Notes: generated by a model not told the origin, from the letters alone. Positions 36,777 to 46,832 are shown, counted from the first letter of the stretch. The stretch: DNA of 64,000 nucleotides from Vulcanimicrobiota bacterium (GCA_963713685.1 CAVQMS010000001.1:511203-575202); one strand, 5' to 3'. Program-made: numbers and translations.

Positions 36777-38600
36777 ATGTTTACGCGAAGATTCACCGCT
36801 CGTGCGGCTGTCGTACTTGCTGCGGCTGTTTTCGTCGGCGGATGTTCGGGAGGGGGCGGCCAGGGCGGCGTCCTGATGCCGGCGGGCAACGGCCCGATTT
36901 CCGGCGCGGGCGGCGTCGGGAACACCGTCGTGCGGATCTTTGTACCGAGTACGGCTGCGCTCAATCCCGGGGCTCCGAGACCCGCGCCGCTCCCAACCCC
37001 CGCGATGCCGCAAGCCCTCGGCGCCGTTCCCATTACGACGCCACCTCCCGGCGCGATCGGCGGCGGCGGTCCCCAGGGTAGCGGCGCACAAGCGCTCGCG
37101 ATCAACGTGAGCGGTCCGACGACGATCAGTCAGACCGTCACGGTGGGGCCGAACTCGACGGGCTGCACCCCGTCGCCCGGCGGAACGAGTTGTCAGCTTG
37201 CGCTAACGATTCCGGCCGGCACGTACACCGGAACGATCGGAAGCGCCGCCGTCGCCTTCAACGTAACGGCCGCGGCAAGCAACGTGCTCAACCTTACGAT
37301 GAGCGGCGTTCCAAGCCAACTCGAGGTCGTTCCGGCGTCATTTATGAGCGCGCAGAACGTCCAGGGCGGAATCGATCTGTATGGCGCGGGGAAACATGCA
37401 TTGCTGGTCGAGATGCTCGATGCCAATCAGAACGTCATCATCGGCTACTCCGGCGCGAGCTTCTCCTTGAGTCAAGCCGGCGGTCCGCTTCCGCTTGCCG
37501 TGACGCAGGCAACGGCGCTTGCGCCAAACCTTTTTTACGTCTCAGGGCCGGCCTCCGCGAACCCAAGCTCGAGCATGCTGCGCGCGAGCGCAACCTACGC
37601 TGGCCCGTCGAACCCATGCGCTCAGCCGGGCGCCGTCTGCAGCGGCACCGCGCGCGTAGACGTGCGCCAGCTCTTGGGTGTCGCAAACTCGAATCTCAAC
37701 AACGTGACGCTCTACGTCAGCGGTCAGAGCACGCCGCTCGCCACGATTCAAAACGGCGTCTCAAATCCGCAAGCGCTCGTCTTCGACGCCGCGGGCGATC
37801 TCTTCGTCGCCAATCAAGCCGGCGGCGTTAGCCAGTACGCGCCGCCTTATAACCAGGCTCCGAACATCATCACCAACGGAGTGAATCGTCCGCAGGCGCT
37901 GGCCCTCGACAACCGCGGAAACCTGTTCGTTGCGAATGGGAACGGCAGCAACACGGTGACGGTGTATTCGCCGCCGTACGGCGGCGCCCCGTCGCAAGTC
38001 ATCTCGGCCAACGTGGACGATCCGGTAAGCTTGGCGCTTGATTCGAATGCAAACCTTTTCGTCCTCAACGCCGCCGCAAACACGGTTACCGAGTACGCGC
38101 CGCCGTACAGCGGTACGATGGCGACAATTTCGAAGGGGCTCAACGCCCCTAATTCTCTGGCTGTCGATTCGCGCGGGAATCTTTTCGTCGCAAACCTGAA
38201 CTCCACGCCGAACTCCGTCGTGGAGTTCACGCCGCCCTTCTCCGCTCAAAGCGCGCCGGTCGCGACGATTACCAACGGCGTAAACGAACAGGGGACGATC
38301 GGCTTGAGCGCCTCGGCGAATCTGTTCGTCCCCAACCAGGGGGCGAATACCGTGACCGAATACGTCGCGCCCTATACGAATTCACCGACGACGATCGTCG
38401 GAGGCCAAAGCCAGCCCATCGCTCTGGCGGTCGATATGCTCGGCAACCTCTACGTCGCCAACTACGGCAACAACACCGTTACGGAATATCCCCCGCCGTA
38501 CGCGGCCGCGTCATGGACGACGTTCAGCAGCGGCATCAGCGCTCCGCTGGCGCTCGCGCTCTCGCCGGCGACCAACGCGGGCACTGCCCTCGTTCCCTAA
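36777..38600 (+). CDS. NHL-repeat beta-propeller lipoprotein
   Basis: Lipobox VFVGGC. An N-terminal ~300 aa Ser/Thr/Ala-rich beta-rich region is followed by six to seven ~43-aa repeats of the form PQALALDxxGNLFVAN...NTVTEYxPPY. Confidence 0.82.
   Translation: MFTRRFTARAAVVLAAAVFVGGCSGGGGQGGVLMPAGNGPISGAGGVGNTVVRIFVPSTAALNPGAPRPAPLPTPAMPQALGAVPITTPPPGAIGGGGPQGSGAQALAINVSGPTTISQTVTVGPNSTGCTPSPGGTSCQLALTIPAGTYTGTIGSAAVAFNVTAAASNVLNLTMSGVPSQLEVVPASFMSAQNVQGGIDLYGAGKHALLVEMLDANQNVIIGYSGASFSLSQAGGPLPLAVTQATALAPNLFYVSGPASANPSSSMLRASATYAGPSNPCAQPGAVCSGTARVDVRQLLGVANSNLNNVTLYVSGQSTPLATIQNGVSNPQALVFDAAGDLFVANQAGGVSQYAPPYNQAPNIITNGVNRPQALALDNRGNLFVANGNGSNTVTVYSPPYGGAPSQVISANVDDPVSLALDSNANLFVLNAAANTVTEYAPPYSGTMATISKGLNAPNSLAVDSRGNLFVANLNSTPNSVVEFTPPFSAQSAPVATITNGVNEQGTIGLSASANLFVPNQGANTVTEYVAPYTNSPTTIVGGQSQPIALAVDMLGNLYVANYGNNTVTEYPPPYAAASWTTFSSGISAPLALALSPATNAGTALVP
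37747..38580 (+). repeat. NHL-type blade repeats inside the lipoprotein gene
   Basis: Successive units start VSNPQALVFDAAGDLFVAN, VNRPQALALDNRGNLFVAN, VDDPVSLALDSNANLFVLN, LNAPNSLAVDSRGNLFVAN, VNEQGTIGLSASANLFVPN, QSQPIALAVDMLGNLYVAN and ISAPLALALSP. Confidence 0.8.
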
Positions 38601-38610
38601 AAGCGCGCTC

Positions 38611-40542
38611 TTAGGCGGCTCGCACGCGCAGCACGTCGCCCTCGAGAATAACGCTCGCCCCCGAACCCTCCCGCAGTTCGCCGCGCAGCAACGCCGTTGA
38701 AAGCGGCGTGGAGACGTAATGCGAAACCGTGCGCTGTACGTAACGAGCGCCGCTACCGGCGCCCATTGAGACGCGGGCGAGATAGAGCTTGGCCTCATCC
38801 GACAGTTCGAGCGTTACGTTTCGCGCGCCCAATCGCTGCGCCAGCGCGTCCACGTGGATGGTAACGATCGCTTCGATTTGCGGCAATCCTAAGTCGGCGA
38901 AAGGCACGATCTCGTCGATCCGATCCAGAAGTTCGGTCCGCAGCGCGATGGGAACTTCGTCGTCTTGCAGGTTTGTCGTCAGAATGATGAGCGCATGCCG
39001 AAAATCGATCGTGCGGCCCTTCGCATCGGTGACTCGCCCATCGTCCAAAATCTGCAGCAGGATGGACGCGACGTCCGGATGCGCCTTCTCGAGCTCGTCG
39101 AACAGCACGACGCAGTAGGGCCGGCGACGTACGGGTTCGGTCAGCTGACCGGCTTCGTCGTGCCCGGCGTATCCCGGCGGAGCGCCGAGCAGGCGTGAAA
39201 CGGTGTGCGGTTCGGTGAACTCCGAAAGGTCGATGCGGACCAGCGCGGCGTCGCTGCCGAAGAGCGCCTCGGCCAACGTCTTGGCGAGTTCGGTTTTGCC
39301 GACTCCACTGGGCCCCCGAAAAAGAAAGCTCCCCAGAGGTTTGCGCGGATCGTGCAACCCCGTGCGCGCCCGCCGAATCGCGTCGGATACGGCGGCGATG
39401 GCGCGGTCTTGACCGATCACGCGCTTAGAAAGGAGCTGCTCGAGCTCGAGAAGGCGGCTGGCCTGCGACGAAGTGAGCGAGTCTTGCGGTATCCCGGTCC
39501 AGCGCGTGACGACGCCCGCGACGTCCTCCCGGGTCACGCGCGGCAGCTCGACGGCGCCTTTGTTCGCCAAAGCGACGGAGGCCGCGGCCTCGTCGATGAG
39601 ATCGATAGCTTTATCCGGCAAGAACCGGTCCGCGATGAATCGGGCCGAGAGCTGTGCCGCGGTTTCGATCGCTTCTTCGTCGATGGTTACGTGATGATGC
39701 CGCGCGTAGCGTTCGTGCAGACCGCGCAGAATCTCGATCGTTTCCTCGATGCTGGGTTCCTCGACCATGACCGGCTGAAACCGGCGTTCCAAAGCCGCAT
39801 CGGATTCCACGTATTTCCGATACTCGTCGAACGTGGTCGCGCCGATGCACTGCAAATCACCGCGCGCCAGCTCCGGCTTGATCATCGAGCTGAGGTCGAG
39901 CGGAGCCCCTTCGGCGGATCCCGCACCGACCAGCGTGTGCAACTCGTCGATAAAGAGCACGATGTCGCGAGCGCTGCGCTTCACCTCGTCCAGAATGCGT
40001 TTGACGCGGCCCTCGAACTCGCCACGGTACTTCGTTCCGGCCACCAGCGTACCGAGCGACAGCGCGAGAACCCGTTTACCGCGCAACGAGGGCGGCGCAT
40101 CGCCCGCGACGATTCGGGCGGCGAGGCCTTCGACGATTGCGGTCTTCCCGACGCCGGGCTCGCCCACGAGACACGGATTGTTCTTGCTGCGCCGCGCGAG
40201 GATTGAAACGATGCGATCGATTTCGCGATCGCGCCCGATGACGGGATCCAGCTTACCGTTGCGTGCTAGCTCGGTGAGATCGCGTGAAAACGCTGCCAGC
40301 GTCGGCGTCCCGCCGCGGAAGCGTTTGCCGAGCTCGTCGAGCGGCGAAGTGCTTCCGCTGCCTTGCATCCTTTCGGCGAGCAGAGCGCTGCCCGCGATTA
40401 GGCCGGCCGCCGCTAACGCGGCGCCCACGAACGGCAGCGCGCTCGTGGCCGCGCGCTTCTGCGCGCAGGGACCGCAAAGGCGGCGTCCGGCATACGTGGT
40501 AACGGCCGGCCGAGCGGCACAGCTTTGGCACTGCGAAGTCAT
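38611..40542 (-). CDS. atypical two-ring Clp/Hsp100-like AAA+ ATPase with N-terminal zinc ribbon and hydrophobic helix
   Basis: D1: [15 protein letters not shown] and [14 protein letters not shown]2: [17 protein letters not shown] and [14 protein letters not shown]. The N-terminus MTSQCQSC...LCGPC is followed by [22 protein letters not shown]. No Clp_N repeats and no coiled-coil M-domain. The region after TTN is too short to hold an IGF/LGF ClpP loop. Confidence 0.85.
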   Translation of the reverse strand: MTSQCQSCAARPAVTTYAGRRLCGPCAQKRAATSALPFVGAALAAAGLIAGSALLAERMQGSGSTSPLDELGKRFRGGTPTLAAFSRDLTELARNGKLDPVIGRDREIDRIVSILARRSKNNPCLVGEPGVGKTAIVEGLAARIVAGDAPPSLRGKRVLALSLGTLVAGTKYRGEFEGRVKRILDEVKRSARDIVLFIDELHTLVGAGSAEGAPLDLSSMIKPELARGDLQCIGATTFDEYRKYVESDAALERRFQPVMVEEPSIEETIEILRGLHERYARHHHVTIDEEAIETAAQLSARFIADRFLPDKAIDLIDEAAASVALANKGAVELPRVTREDVAGVVTRWTGIPQDSLTSSQASRLLELEQLLSKRVIGQDRAIAAVSDAIRRARTGLHDPRKPLGSFLFRGPSGVGKTELAKTLAEALFGSDAALVRIDLSEFTEPHTVSRLLGAPPGYAGHDEAGQLTEPVRRRPYCVVLFDELEKAHPDVASILLQILDDGRVTDAKGRTIDFRHALIILTTNLQDDEVPIALRTELLDRIDEIVPFADLGLPQIEAIVTIHVDALAQRLGARNVTLELSDEAKLYLARVSMGAGSGARYVQRTVSHYVSTPLSTALLRGELREGSGASVILEGDVLRVRAA

Positions 40543-40588
40543 CGCTTAGTGTACCTGGGGCGCCTCGCCAGGTTTCGCACCTGGCGGT

Positions 40589-41287
40589 TTAGGGCTCCGC
40601 CGTGAAGACCATGCTGACCGAAATCGTTACGTTGACGTTGGATTGATCGAATTGCGTGGGCACGTTGGCCACCGCAGCGGCGCGCATCAAGGGCACCGGC
40701 CCAGAGGGCTCGCCTCCCAGCTCGATGCTCTTGATTCCAACGATGCGAAGGTCTGCGGCCCGGGCGATCGCCTCGGCGTTCGCGCGCGCTTCCGCGACGG
40801 CTTTTGCGGTGGCTTGCTGGCGCGCCACCGCGGGGTCCGACAAGCCGAACGCGACGCCGTTGATCGCGGTGGCGCCGGAACTCATGCAGGCATCGCTAAC
40901 GCGCCCGGCATCGGCGATCCGCCGCACCTTTACGGAGAAGCTGCGCGACACCGTGAAACCATAGCGCTCGTCCGAAGCCGGCGGAGCGTTCCGCGGCCGA
41001 GGATTATAGCTTACGTTATAGTACGCGAGGGTGACGTCGTTACGCGCGATGCCGGCCTTCTCGAGCGCGGCCACGATTCGCCCATATATGGCGTTGTTGT
41101 CCGACACGGCGTCGTCGGCGTTTTGCGCGTTTGTCTCAACCGCCGCGGTAACCGTCGCAATGTTGGGCGCCAACGACACGCTGCCGGTTCCGGAGGCGGT
41201 AATTTCCGTTCCGGCCGCTCGCGCGATGGCCGCGCCGGCGCTCGCAAACGCGAAGACGCCGAGCAGGCAAATGAAAGTGCGCTTCAT
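40589..41287 (-). CDS. SIMPL (DUF541) domain periplasmic protein
   Basis: Signal peptide MKRTFICLLGVFAFASAGAAIARA. The SIMPL-like start ITASGTGSVSLAPNIATVTAAVET and the overall length both fit the family. Confidence 0.75.
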   Translation of the reverse strand: MKRTFICLLGVFAFASAGAAIARAAGTEITASGTGSVSLAPNIATVTAAVETNAQNADDAVSDNNAIYGRIVAALEKAGIARNDVTLAYYNVSYNPRPRNAPPASDERYGFTVSRSFSVKVRRIADAGRVSDACMSSGATAINGVAFGLSDPAVARQQATAKAVAEARANAEAIARAADLRIVGIKSIELGGEPSGPVPLMRAAAVANVPTQFDQSNVNVTISVSMVFTAEP

Positions 41288-41361
41288 AATAGCGTAACGT
41301 CCACCGCGGGGGCGCTCGCTACCTTTTGCGCCGGCTTGATGGATCGATAGGAGGAACGACG

Positions 41362-41622
41362 TTGGGGATTCTTGCCTGGATCGTCTTTGGTCTCATCGTA
41401 GGTCTGATCGCTCGCTGGATCGTCCCGGGGGAAGCGCCCGGCGGTCTCATTGCCGACATCATCGTCGGCATCGTCGGCGCGGTCATTGGCGGCTGGCTGT
41501 ACGGGCTGATCGGGCACGCCGGCGTCACCGGTTTCAATCTTCCGAGCATGCTGTGCGCCTTGATCGGCGCGGTCGTCTTGCTTTGGCTGCTGCGTGCGCT
41601 GCGAGGCAAGCCCGCGGTCTGA
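41362..41622 (+). CDS. GlsB/YeaQ/YmgE family stress-response membrane protein
   Basis: TTG 41362 lies 7 nt after GGAGG. Sequence GILAWIVFGLIVGLIARWIVPG...IVGIVGAVIGGWLYG. Confidence 0.8.
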   Translation: MGILAWIVFGLIVGLIARWIVPGEAPGGLIADIIVGIVGAVIGGWLYGLIGHAGVTGFNLPSMLCALIGAVVLLWLLRALRGKPAV

Positions 41623-41657
41623 AGGGCGGGGCTCCCCCTCGAAGAAGCTGAAATTCT

Positions 41658-41900
41658 ATGGCCTACATCATCACCGAACCGTGCATCGGGACCAAGGACA
41701 AGTCGTGCGTTGACGTTTGTCCGGTGGATTGCATTCACGGCAAGGATGAAGACGAGATGCTCTTCATCGATCCCGAGGTCTGCATCGATTGCGGCGCGTG
41801 CGTTTCGGCTTGCCCGGTCGAGGCGATCTTCGCCGATTCCGACGTGCCCGAGAAGTGGCAGAATTACACCGAAATCAACGCTGAATATTTCAAGAAGTGA
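41658..41900 (+). CDS. fdxA: 7Fe-type ferredoxin ([3Fe-4S][4Fe-4S])
   Basis: MAYIITEPCIGTKDKSCVDVCPVDCIH and CIDCGACVSACPVEAI. 80 aa. Confidence 0.9.
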   Translation: MAYIITEPCIGTKDKSCVDVCPVDCIHGKDEDEMLFIDPEVCIDCGACVSACPVEAIFADSDVPEKWQNYTEINAEYFKK

Positions 41901-42160
41901 ATCCGCAAATCTCCGGCGACGCGTTTGACTCGTTTTTTGCGTGGGCGCCATGGGTCATCGGCGCGGCCATTTACTTCGCATTCTACATCGCGAAGCGTCG
42001 GGAGTGCGCGCCGCAACCGGCGGCGTCGAGCGGTCAGACCTATGCATGCGCCGGTTGTGGGCGGCGAGGATCGCGCGAGCAGATGGTGCCGCAGGATCAC
42101 GGCGGCGCGGTGGGCTGGTACTGCCCGCACTGCGCGAGCGCGCAGGTACCCGCTACGTAG
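41897..42160 (+). CDS. small membrane-anchored zinc-ribbon protein (hypothetical)
   Basis: GTG 41897 overlaps the fdxA stop (GTGA). One hydrophobic helix (WAPWVIGAAIYFAFYIA) is followed by CAGC...(24 aa)...CPHC. Confidence 0.5.
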   Translation: MNPQISGDAFDSFFAWAPWVIGAAIYFAFYIAKRRECAPQPAASSGQTYACAGCGRRGSREQMVPQDHGGAVGWYCPHCASAQVPAT

Positions 42161-42184
42161 CGACTGGAGCGTCCGATTCGCGGG

Positions 42185-43114
42185 CTACGGTTGCTGGCCG
42201 TAGTCTCCCAGAACTTCGTGGATCATCGACGCCATCGCGAGCGCCTCGTCCCATTTCCGCTGCCACATGTTTCTGCCGAAGATGAGTCCGACGCAACCGG
42301 CCGCCATCGCGACGTGGGCCTTATGCACGGTAGCATCGTCACCCATCTTGCTCCCGCCCGAGACGAGCACAAGGCTGCGTCCGGCCGATTTGACGACCTT
42401 GCGTAAACCCTCGACGTCGTCGAAGGCCAGCGTATCGTAGGGCTTGGGCAGGTTCGCGGCATCGGCGGCTTTCCAGACCGGCTCGTTGAGTTTGATGACG
42501 TCCGCGCCGAGCTCGCACGCCACGCGCGCCGCATAGTCAACTGCGTACAACGAATCGATGCTGCCCTTGGCCTTCACGGCCGAGCCGCGGGGATAGGCCC
42601 AGACGACGAGCGGCATCCCGTACCGGTCGCAGTCGCGCCGGACGTCGTTGCACTGCGCGATATCCACTTCTTGGGAAGGGCTTCCGACGTACAGCGTGTA
42701 GCCCACGGCGTCGGCGCCCAAGCGAATAGCGTCTTCCACCGACGACGTCAGCGGGCTGAACGCCTCGTCGTCCGGCGGAATATTCGTCTTGCCGTTGACC
42801 TTCAGTAAGAGCGGAACGCGCCCGGCGTAGTGCTTTTGATACTTTTCGGCGAGCCCGACGTGCAGCGCGATGCCGGAAAAGTTGCCCTCTACCGCGAGGC
42901 GATAGATCCAATCCGTGTCGATTGCCGCGGGGTTGTCGAAGAAATCCACCGGTCCGTGTTCCAGCCCTTGGTCGATCGGCAACATCATGAGCGTGCCGTT
43001 CGCCGGGCCGTGTTCGTACATCAGGCGGTGCAGCCGCGTGCGCTTACCGATCGACAGATTCATATCGTCAAAGCTCGGGCGGACGATCGGGGGAGAGGCC
43101 GTAGCTGTCGTCAT
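42185..43114 (-). CDS. class I fructose-bisphosphate aldolase family protein (DhnA/FbaB type)
   Basis: MMLPIDQGLEHGP, LLLKVNGKT, AVGYTLYVGS, DVIKLN and LVSGGSK motifs. Substrate not assignable from sequence. Confidence 0.8.
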   Translation of the reverse strand: MTTATASPPIVRPSFDDMNLSIGKRTRLHRLMYEHGPANGTLMMLPIDQGLEHGPVDFFDNPAAIDTDWIYRLAVEGNFSGIALHVGLAEKYQKHYAGRVPLLLKVNGKTNIPPDDEAFSPLTSSVEDAIRLGADAVGYTLYVGSPSQEVDIAQCNDVRRDCDRYGMPLVVWAYPRGSAVKAKGSIDSLYAVDYAARVACELGADVIKLNEPVWKAADAANLPKPYDTLAFDDVEGLRKVVKSAGRSLVLVSGGSKMGDDATVHKAHVAMAAGCVGLIFGRNMWQRKWDEALAMASMIHEVLGDYGQQP

Positions 43115-43172
43115 GACGGCGGCTTCGCCGAGCTCCGAAGGTTATCCTGAGGCTTCGCCCAAAGGGCCGCTC

Positions 43173-44096
43173 GTGATTGCGCGGGTCGGATTCGTCGGAC
43201 TAGGCGCGATGGGTGAGCCTATGGCTCGCTCGTTGCGTCGGGCCGGGTTTAACGTGACGGCAAGCCCGCATCGGCGTCGCGACGCGCTGGAACGCCTGCG
43301 CCAGGACGGCGTCCGCGAAGCCGCGGACCCCGCGTCGCTCGCAAGCGAAGTGGACGCGGTCGTCATCTCCGTTCCGGATGCACCCGACGTGGAAGAAGTG
43401 CTGTTCGGGTCGCGCGGGGTCGTCGAGGGCGTAAAAACCGGGCTGCTCGTCATCGACATGTCGACCATCTCTCCCGTCGCCTCGCGCCGGTTCGCCGAAA
43501 GGCTTGCCGAACGCGGGATCGACTTCGTGGACGCCCCCGTCAGCGGCGGCCCGGCTCGCGCAAGGGACGGTACGCTCACGATCATGGTCGGCGCATCGCC
43601 GCAATCGTTTGCGCGCGCCGAGCCGGTATTGCGCGCGATGGGGCAGCCGCACCATCTCGGTCCGGTCGGCATGGGCGAAACCGTCAAGCTGGTCAATCAG
43701 ATCGTCATCGCGAACGTCATGATCGCAAACGTCGAGGCCTTGGTTTTTGCGAAACGTGCCGGCGCCGAACTCGACGCCGTGCGTTCGGTGCTTGCATCGG
43801 CTACGGCTTCCAACTACCTGCTCCAAGAATGGCTGCCCAAGACGTGGTTGGCCGGAACGTTCAGCGGCGGGTTTGCGCTCGATCTCCTCCGCAAAGACCT
43901 CGCCGCCGCTCTCGATGCGGCGCGTGCCACGAACTACCCGATGCCGGCAACGGGGCTGGCGTATCAACTCTACACCACTCGCTCCGCAAAAGGGGACGGC
44001 GCGCTGGATTACAGTGCGATAGCAAAAGCGTATGAATGGAACGACGGAGATTCGGCCGCCGCGGGCGGCCACGGTCAAGAGTCCGGACGTCAATAA
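43173..44096 (+). CDS. NAD(P)-dependent beta-hydroxyacid dehydrogenase (HIBADH/GarR family)
   Basis: GTG 43173 gives VIARVGFVGLGAMGEPMARSL (Rossmann fold). Also FVDAPVSGG and GETVKLVNQ. ATG 43113 would overlap the divergent aldolase start and is rejected. Confidence 0.85.
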   Translation: MIARVGFVGLGAMGEPMARSLRRAGFNVTASPHRRRDALERLRQDGVREAADPASLASEVDAVVISVPDAPDVEEVLFGSRGVVEGVKTGLLVIDMSTISPVASRRFAERLAERGIDFVDAPVSGGPARARDGTLTIMVGASPQSFARAEPVLRAMGQPHHLGPVGMGETVKLVNQIVIANVMIANVEALVFAKRAGAELDAVRSVLASATASNYLLQEWLPKTWLAGTFSGGFALDLLRKDLAAALDAARATNYPMPATGLAYQLYTTRSAKGDGALDYSAIAKAYEWNDGDSAAAGGHGQESGRQ

Positions 44097-44772
44097 GAAG
44101 ATCCTCGTCGTGGACGACGAGTCCGCGATCCTGCAAACGTTGCGTTTCAATCTCGAACGCAGCGGCTACGCGGTTGTGACGGCCGGAGACGGCCGCAGCG
44201 CCATCGCGATGGCGCAACGCGAGCAGCCGGATCTGGTCGTGCTCGACATCATGCTGCCGGTGCTCGATGGCGTCGAAGCCTGCAAGGAGATTCGCAAGTT
44301 CAGTCCGGTGCCGATCATCATGCTTACGGCAAAGGACCAGGAGATCGACAAGGTCTTGGCGCTCGAGCTCGGGGCCGACGACTACGTCACGAAGCCCTTC
44401 GCGCTGCACGAATTCCTCGCGCGTGTAAAGGCGCGTTTGCGCCGTCAGAGCGCGCTCCCTTCCGGGCACGAAGAGGCGATTGCGCTGGGCGAAATCGTGC
44501 TCGATCCATCCCGCCAACAGCTCACGGTGCGCGGCGCGGACGTTTCCCTCGCGCCCAAGGAGTTCGGGCTGCTCCGCGTGCTGATGGAAAACCAAGGGCG
44601 CGTCGTCACGCGGCAGACGCTGCTGGACAAGGTTTGGGGATACGACTTCGAAGGCGAACAGCAGACCGTCAGCGTGCACATCCGCTGGCTGCGCGAGAAG
44701 ATCGAAGAAGACTCGCGCACACCGCGACATATCTTGACCGTTCGAAGTCGCGGCTACATGTTCAAAGCTTGA
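44032..44772 (+). CDS. OmpR/PhoB-family response regulator (PhoP/PhoB-like)
   Basis: Receiver domain KILVVDDE, DLVVLDIMLP and LTAKD. Winged-helix domain LAPKEFGLLRVLMEN and TVRSRGYMF. Confidence 0.9.
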   Translation: MNGTTEIRPPRAATVKSPDVNKKILVVDDESAILQTLRFNLERSGYAVVTAGDGRSAIAMAQREQPDLVVLDIMLPVLDGVEACKEIRKFSPVPIIMLTAKDQEIDKVLALELGADDYVTKPFALHEFLARVKARLRRQSALPSGHEEAIALGEIVLDPSRQQLTVRGADVSLAPKEFGLLRVLMENQGRVVTRQTLLDKVWGYDFEGEQQTVSVHIRWLREKIEEDSRTPRHILTVRSRGYMFKA

Positions 44773-45968
44773 CGCCCCTGGAGTGGTCGCTGCCCGCGCT
44801 TATCGCCGGGCTCGCCGGCGGCTTCGCTATTGCGCGCGTGCTGCGCCTACGCGCGGACTCAGCCGGCGTCGAGAGCGCGGAGGGCGCGGAGCCTCCCACT
44901 TCATCCGAGTCCCCTCCCGTGTCGGTCGACAGCGGTTTCGCGCGCCTGGTGGGGGCGCTCCCGATCGGCGTAATTCTGGTGGACGGCGCGCGGCGCGTCG
45001 AGTTTGCCAATGCCGCTGCCGGAAGCGCCTTCGGATTCGATCCCGATCGCGCGAGGAATCTGCACATCATCGAAGCCATTCACAACGTGGAGCTGGAGCA
45101 TCGGATTACCGATGCGGTGAGCGGCGAAGCATCGGTTGCGCCGCTCGTGCTGACCGGAGCGGATGGGCAGCGAACCTACCGCGTCTCGGTGTCCCCGCTT
45201 CCCGACGAAAACGGCAGTTCGCATCGCGTCGTCATCTTTTCGGACGATCAGACCGGATTCGTTCGCTTGGACCGAGCGCGCAAGGAGTTCCTTTCAAACG
45301 TGTCACACGAGCTGCGCACGCCGCTGTCGTCCATCAAGCTGATGCTCGAGACCGTCTTGGAAGCGCCCGAGGAGGAGGCCCGCGATCTCTTCGTTCCGCA
45401 AGCGCTGGCTCAGGTCGATCGCTTGACCGCGCTCGTCGGTCAATTGCTCGAACAGGCGCGCGCCGAGTCGGGACAGCTCAAACTGTCGCTGCGCGACGTC
45501 GATCTCGAGGAGATCGCGCGCCCTATCGTGGCATCGTTCGAGCAACAGGCGTGGAGCAAGGGCGTCTCGCTCGAACTCTCGACGCTGCGCCCCGTGCGCG
45601 TCGAGGCCGATCCCGACCGCCTCGCACAAGTTTTCGTTAATCTGATCGACAATGCGCTGCGCCACACGTCCGGCGGCGGACGAATTCGCATCGAGCTCGA
45701 CGCGCGCGACAGCGATGCGGTGTTGCGCGTGCGCGACACGGGCGAAGGCATCCCGTACCGCGACCTTCCTCACATCTTCGAACGCTTTTACGTCGTGGAT
45801 CGCTCGCGGACGCGGGGCAGCGGTGGTGCGGGCCTCGGGCTAGCAATCGTGAAGGGAATCGTTGACGCGCATGGCGGAGCAATTTCCGCGGAATCGATGT
45901 TGGGGCGCGGCACGTCGTTTACGATTCGTCTGCCGATCATGCGCATCAAGCGCGAAGCGAGCCGCTAA
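44769..45968 (+). CDS. PhoR-like sensor histidine kinase
   Basis: TTG 44769 overlaps the response-regulator stop. One TM helix and a PAS-like region. H-box [17 protein letters not shown]-box [10 protein letters not shown]-boxes DTGEGI and [10 protein letters not shown]. Confidence 0.88.
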   Translation: MTPLEWSLPALIAGLAGGFAIARVLRLRADSAGVESAEGAEPPTSSESPPVSVDSGFARLVGALPIGVILVDGARRVEFANAAAGSAFGFDPDRARNLHIIEAIHNVELEHRITDAVSGEASVAPLVLTGADGQRTYRVSVSPLPDENGSSHRVVIFSDDQTGFVRLDRARKEFLSNVSHELRTPLSSIKLMLETVLEAPEEEARDLFVPQALAQVDRLTALVGQLLEQARAESGQLKLSLRDVDLEEIARPIVASFEQQAWSKGVSLELSTLRPVRVEADPDRLAQVFVNLIDNALRHTSGGGRIRIELDARDSDAVLRVRDTGEGIPYRDLPHIFERFYVVDRSRTRGSGGAGLGLAIVKGIVDAHGGAISAESMLGRGTSFTIRLPIMRIKREASR

Positions 45969-46029
45969 GAATCACGAACTGATTAACGGGAGCGGGCCTT
46001 TCGGTTCCGGTGACGAATACGGGCGACGC

Positions 46030-46821
46030 ATGTTCGTGGCTGCCGAGCACTCGACCGAGCTGTCGAAAGAAACCAAGATCAGGGTCGAGAAGCTCGACGT
46101 TTATTATGGTGCGTTTCGCGCAATCCGAGACGCGTCACTCCACGTGCCGGCAAACCGCGTGATGGCGCTGATCGGCCCCTCGGGCTGCGGGAAGTCAACG
46201 TTCATCCGATCGCTCAATCGCATGCACGACCTCACCCCGGGCGCGCGGGTCGAGGGCCACGTCTTTCTGGACAATGAAGACATCTACGCGCCCGAGATCG
46301 ATCCCGTAACGATCCGTTACCGCATCGGGATGGTTTTTCAGCGTCCGAACCCGTTTCCGAAATCCATCTTCGACAACGTCGTCTACGGGCCGCGCATTCA
46401 CGGCGAGCGGAACAGAAGCGAACTGATGAACATCGCCGAGCGCAGCCTGCGCCACGCCGCCCTTTGGGACGAAGTCAAGGATCGCCTGGATCGCTCGGCC
46501 CTGGCGCTGTCGGGGGGTCAGCAACAGCGCCTCTGCATCGCACGATGTCTCGCCGTCGATCCGGAGGTCGTTTTGATGGACGAACCGGCTTCGGCGTTGG
46601 ACCCGATCGCGACGAGCAAGATCGAGGATCTGATCTGCGAGCTCAAAAAACACTACACCGTCGTGATCGTCACGCATTCGATGCAGCAGGCCGCGCGCAT
46701 CAGCGAGAACACGGCGTTTTTCTTGCTCGGCGACCTGGTCGAATCTGACACGACGGCCACGATTTTCACCAAGCCCAAGGACAAACGCACCGAGGATTAC
46801 ATCACCGGACGGTACGGCTAG
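46030..46821 (+). CDS. pstB: phosphate ABC transporter ATP-binding protein PstB (no pstSCA adjacent)
   Basis: [71 protein letters not shown] and [10 protein letters not shown]. Confidence 0.92.
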   Translation: MFVAAEHSTELSKETKIRVEKLDVYYGAFRAIRDASLHVPANRVMALIGPSGCGKSTFIRSLNRMHDLTPGARVEGHVFLDNEDIYAPEIDPVTIRYRIGMVFQRPNPFPKSIFDNVVYGPRIHGERNRSELMNIAERSLRHAALWDEVKDRLDRSALALSGGQQQRLCIARCLAVDPEVVLMDEPASALDPIATSKIEDLICELKKHYTVVIVTHSMQQAARISENTAFFLLGDLVESDTTATIFTKPKDKRTEDYITGRYG

Positions 46822-46832
46822 CCCCCACCCGG

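Noticed and set aside
40566-40586. Hairpin CGCCAGGT-ttcgc-ACCTGGCG between the SIMPL gene and the Clp-like gene, considered as an intrinsic terminator
   Set aside because: On the transcribed (minus) strand no U-tract follows the stem. It could still be a processing or stability element, but I cannot support a terminator call.
42185-44096. Divergent class I aldolase plus HIBADH-family reductase as a possible sulfoquinovose (YihT/YihU-like) or similar sugar-acid module
   Set aside because: The aldolase looks more like the FbaB/DhnA type. No isomerase, kinase, transporter or sulfo-specific gene is nearby, so the evidence is not enough to name a pathway.
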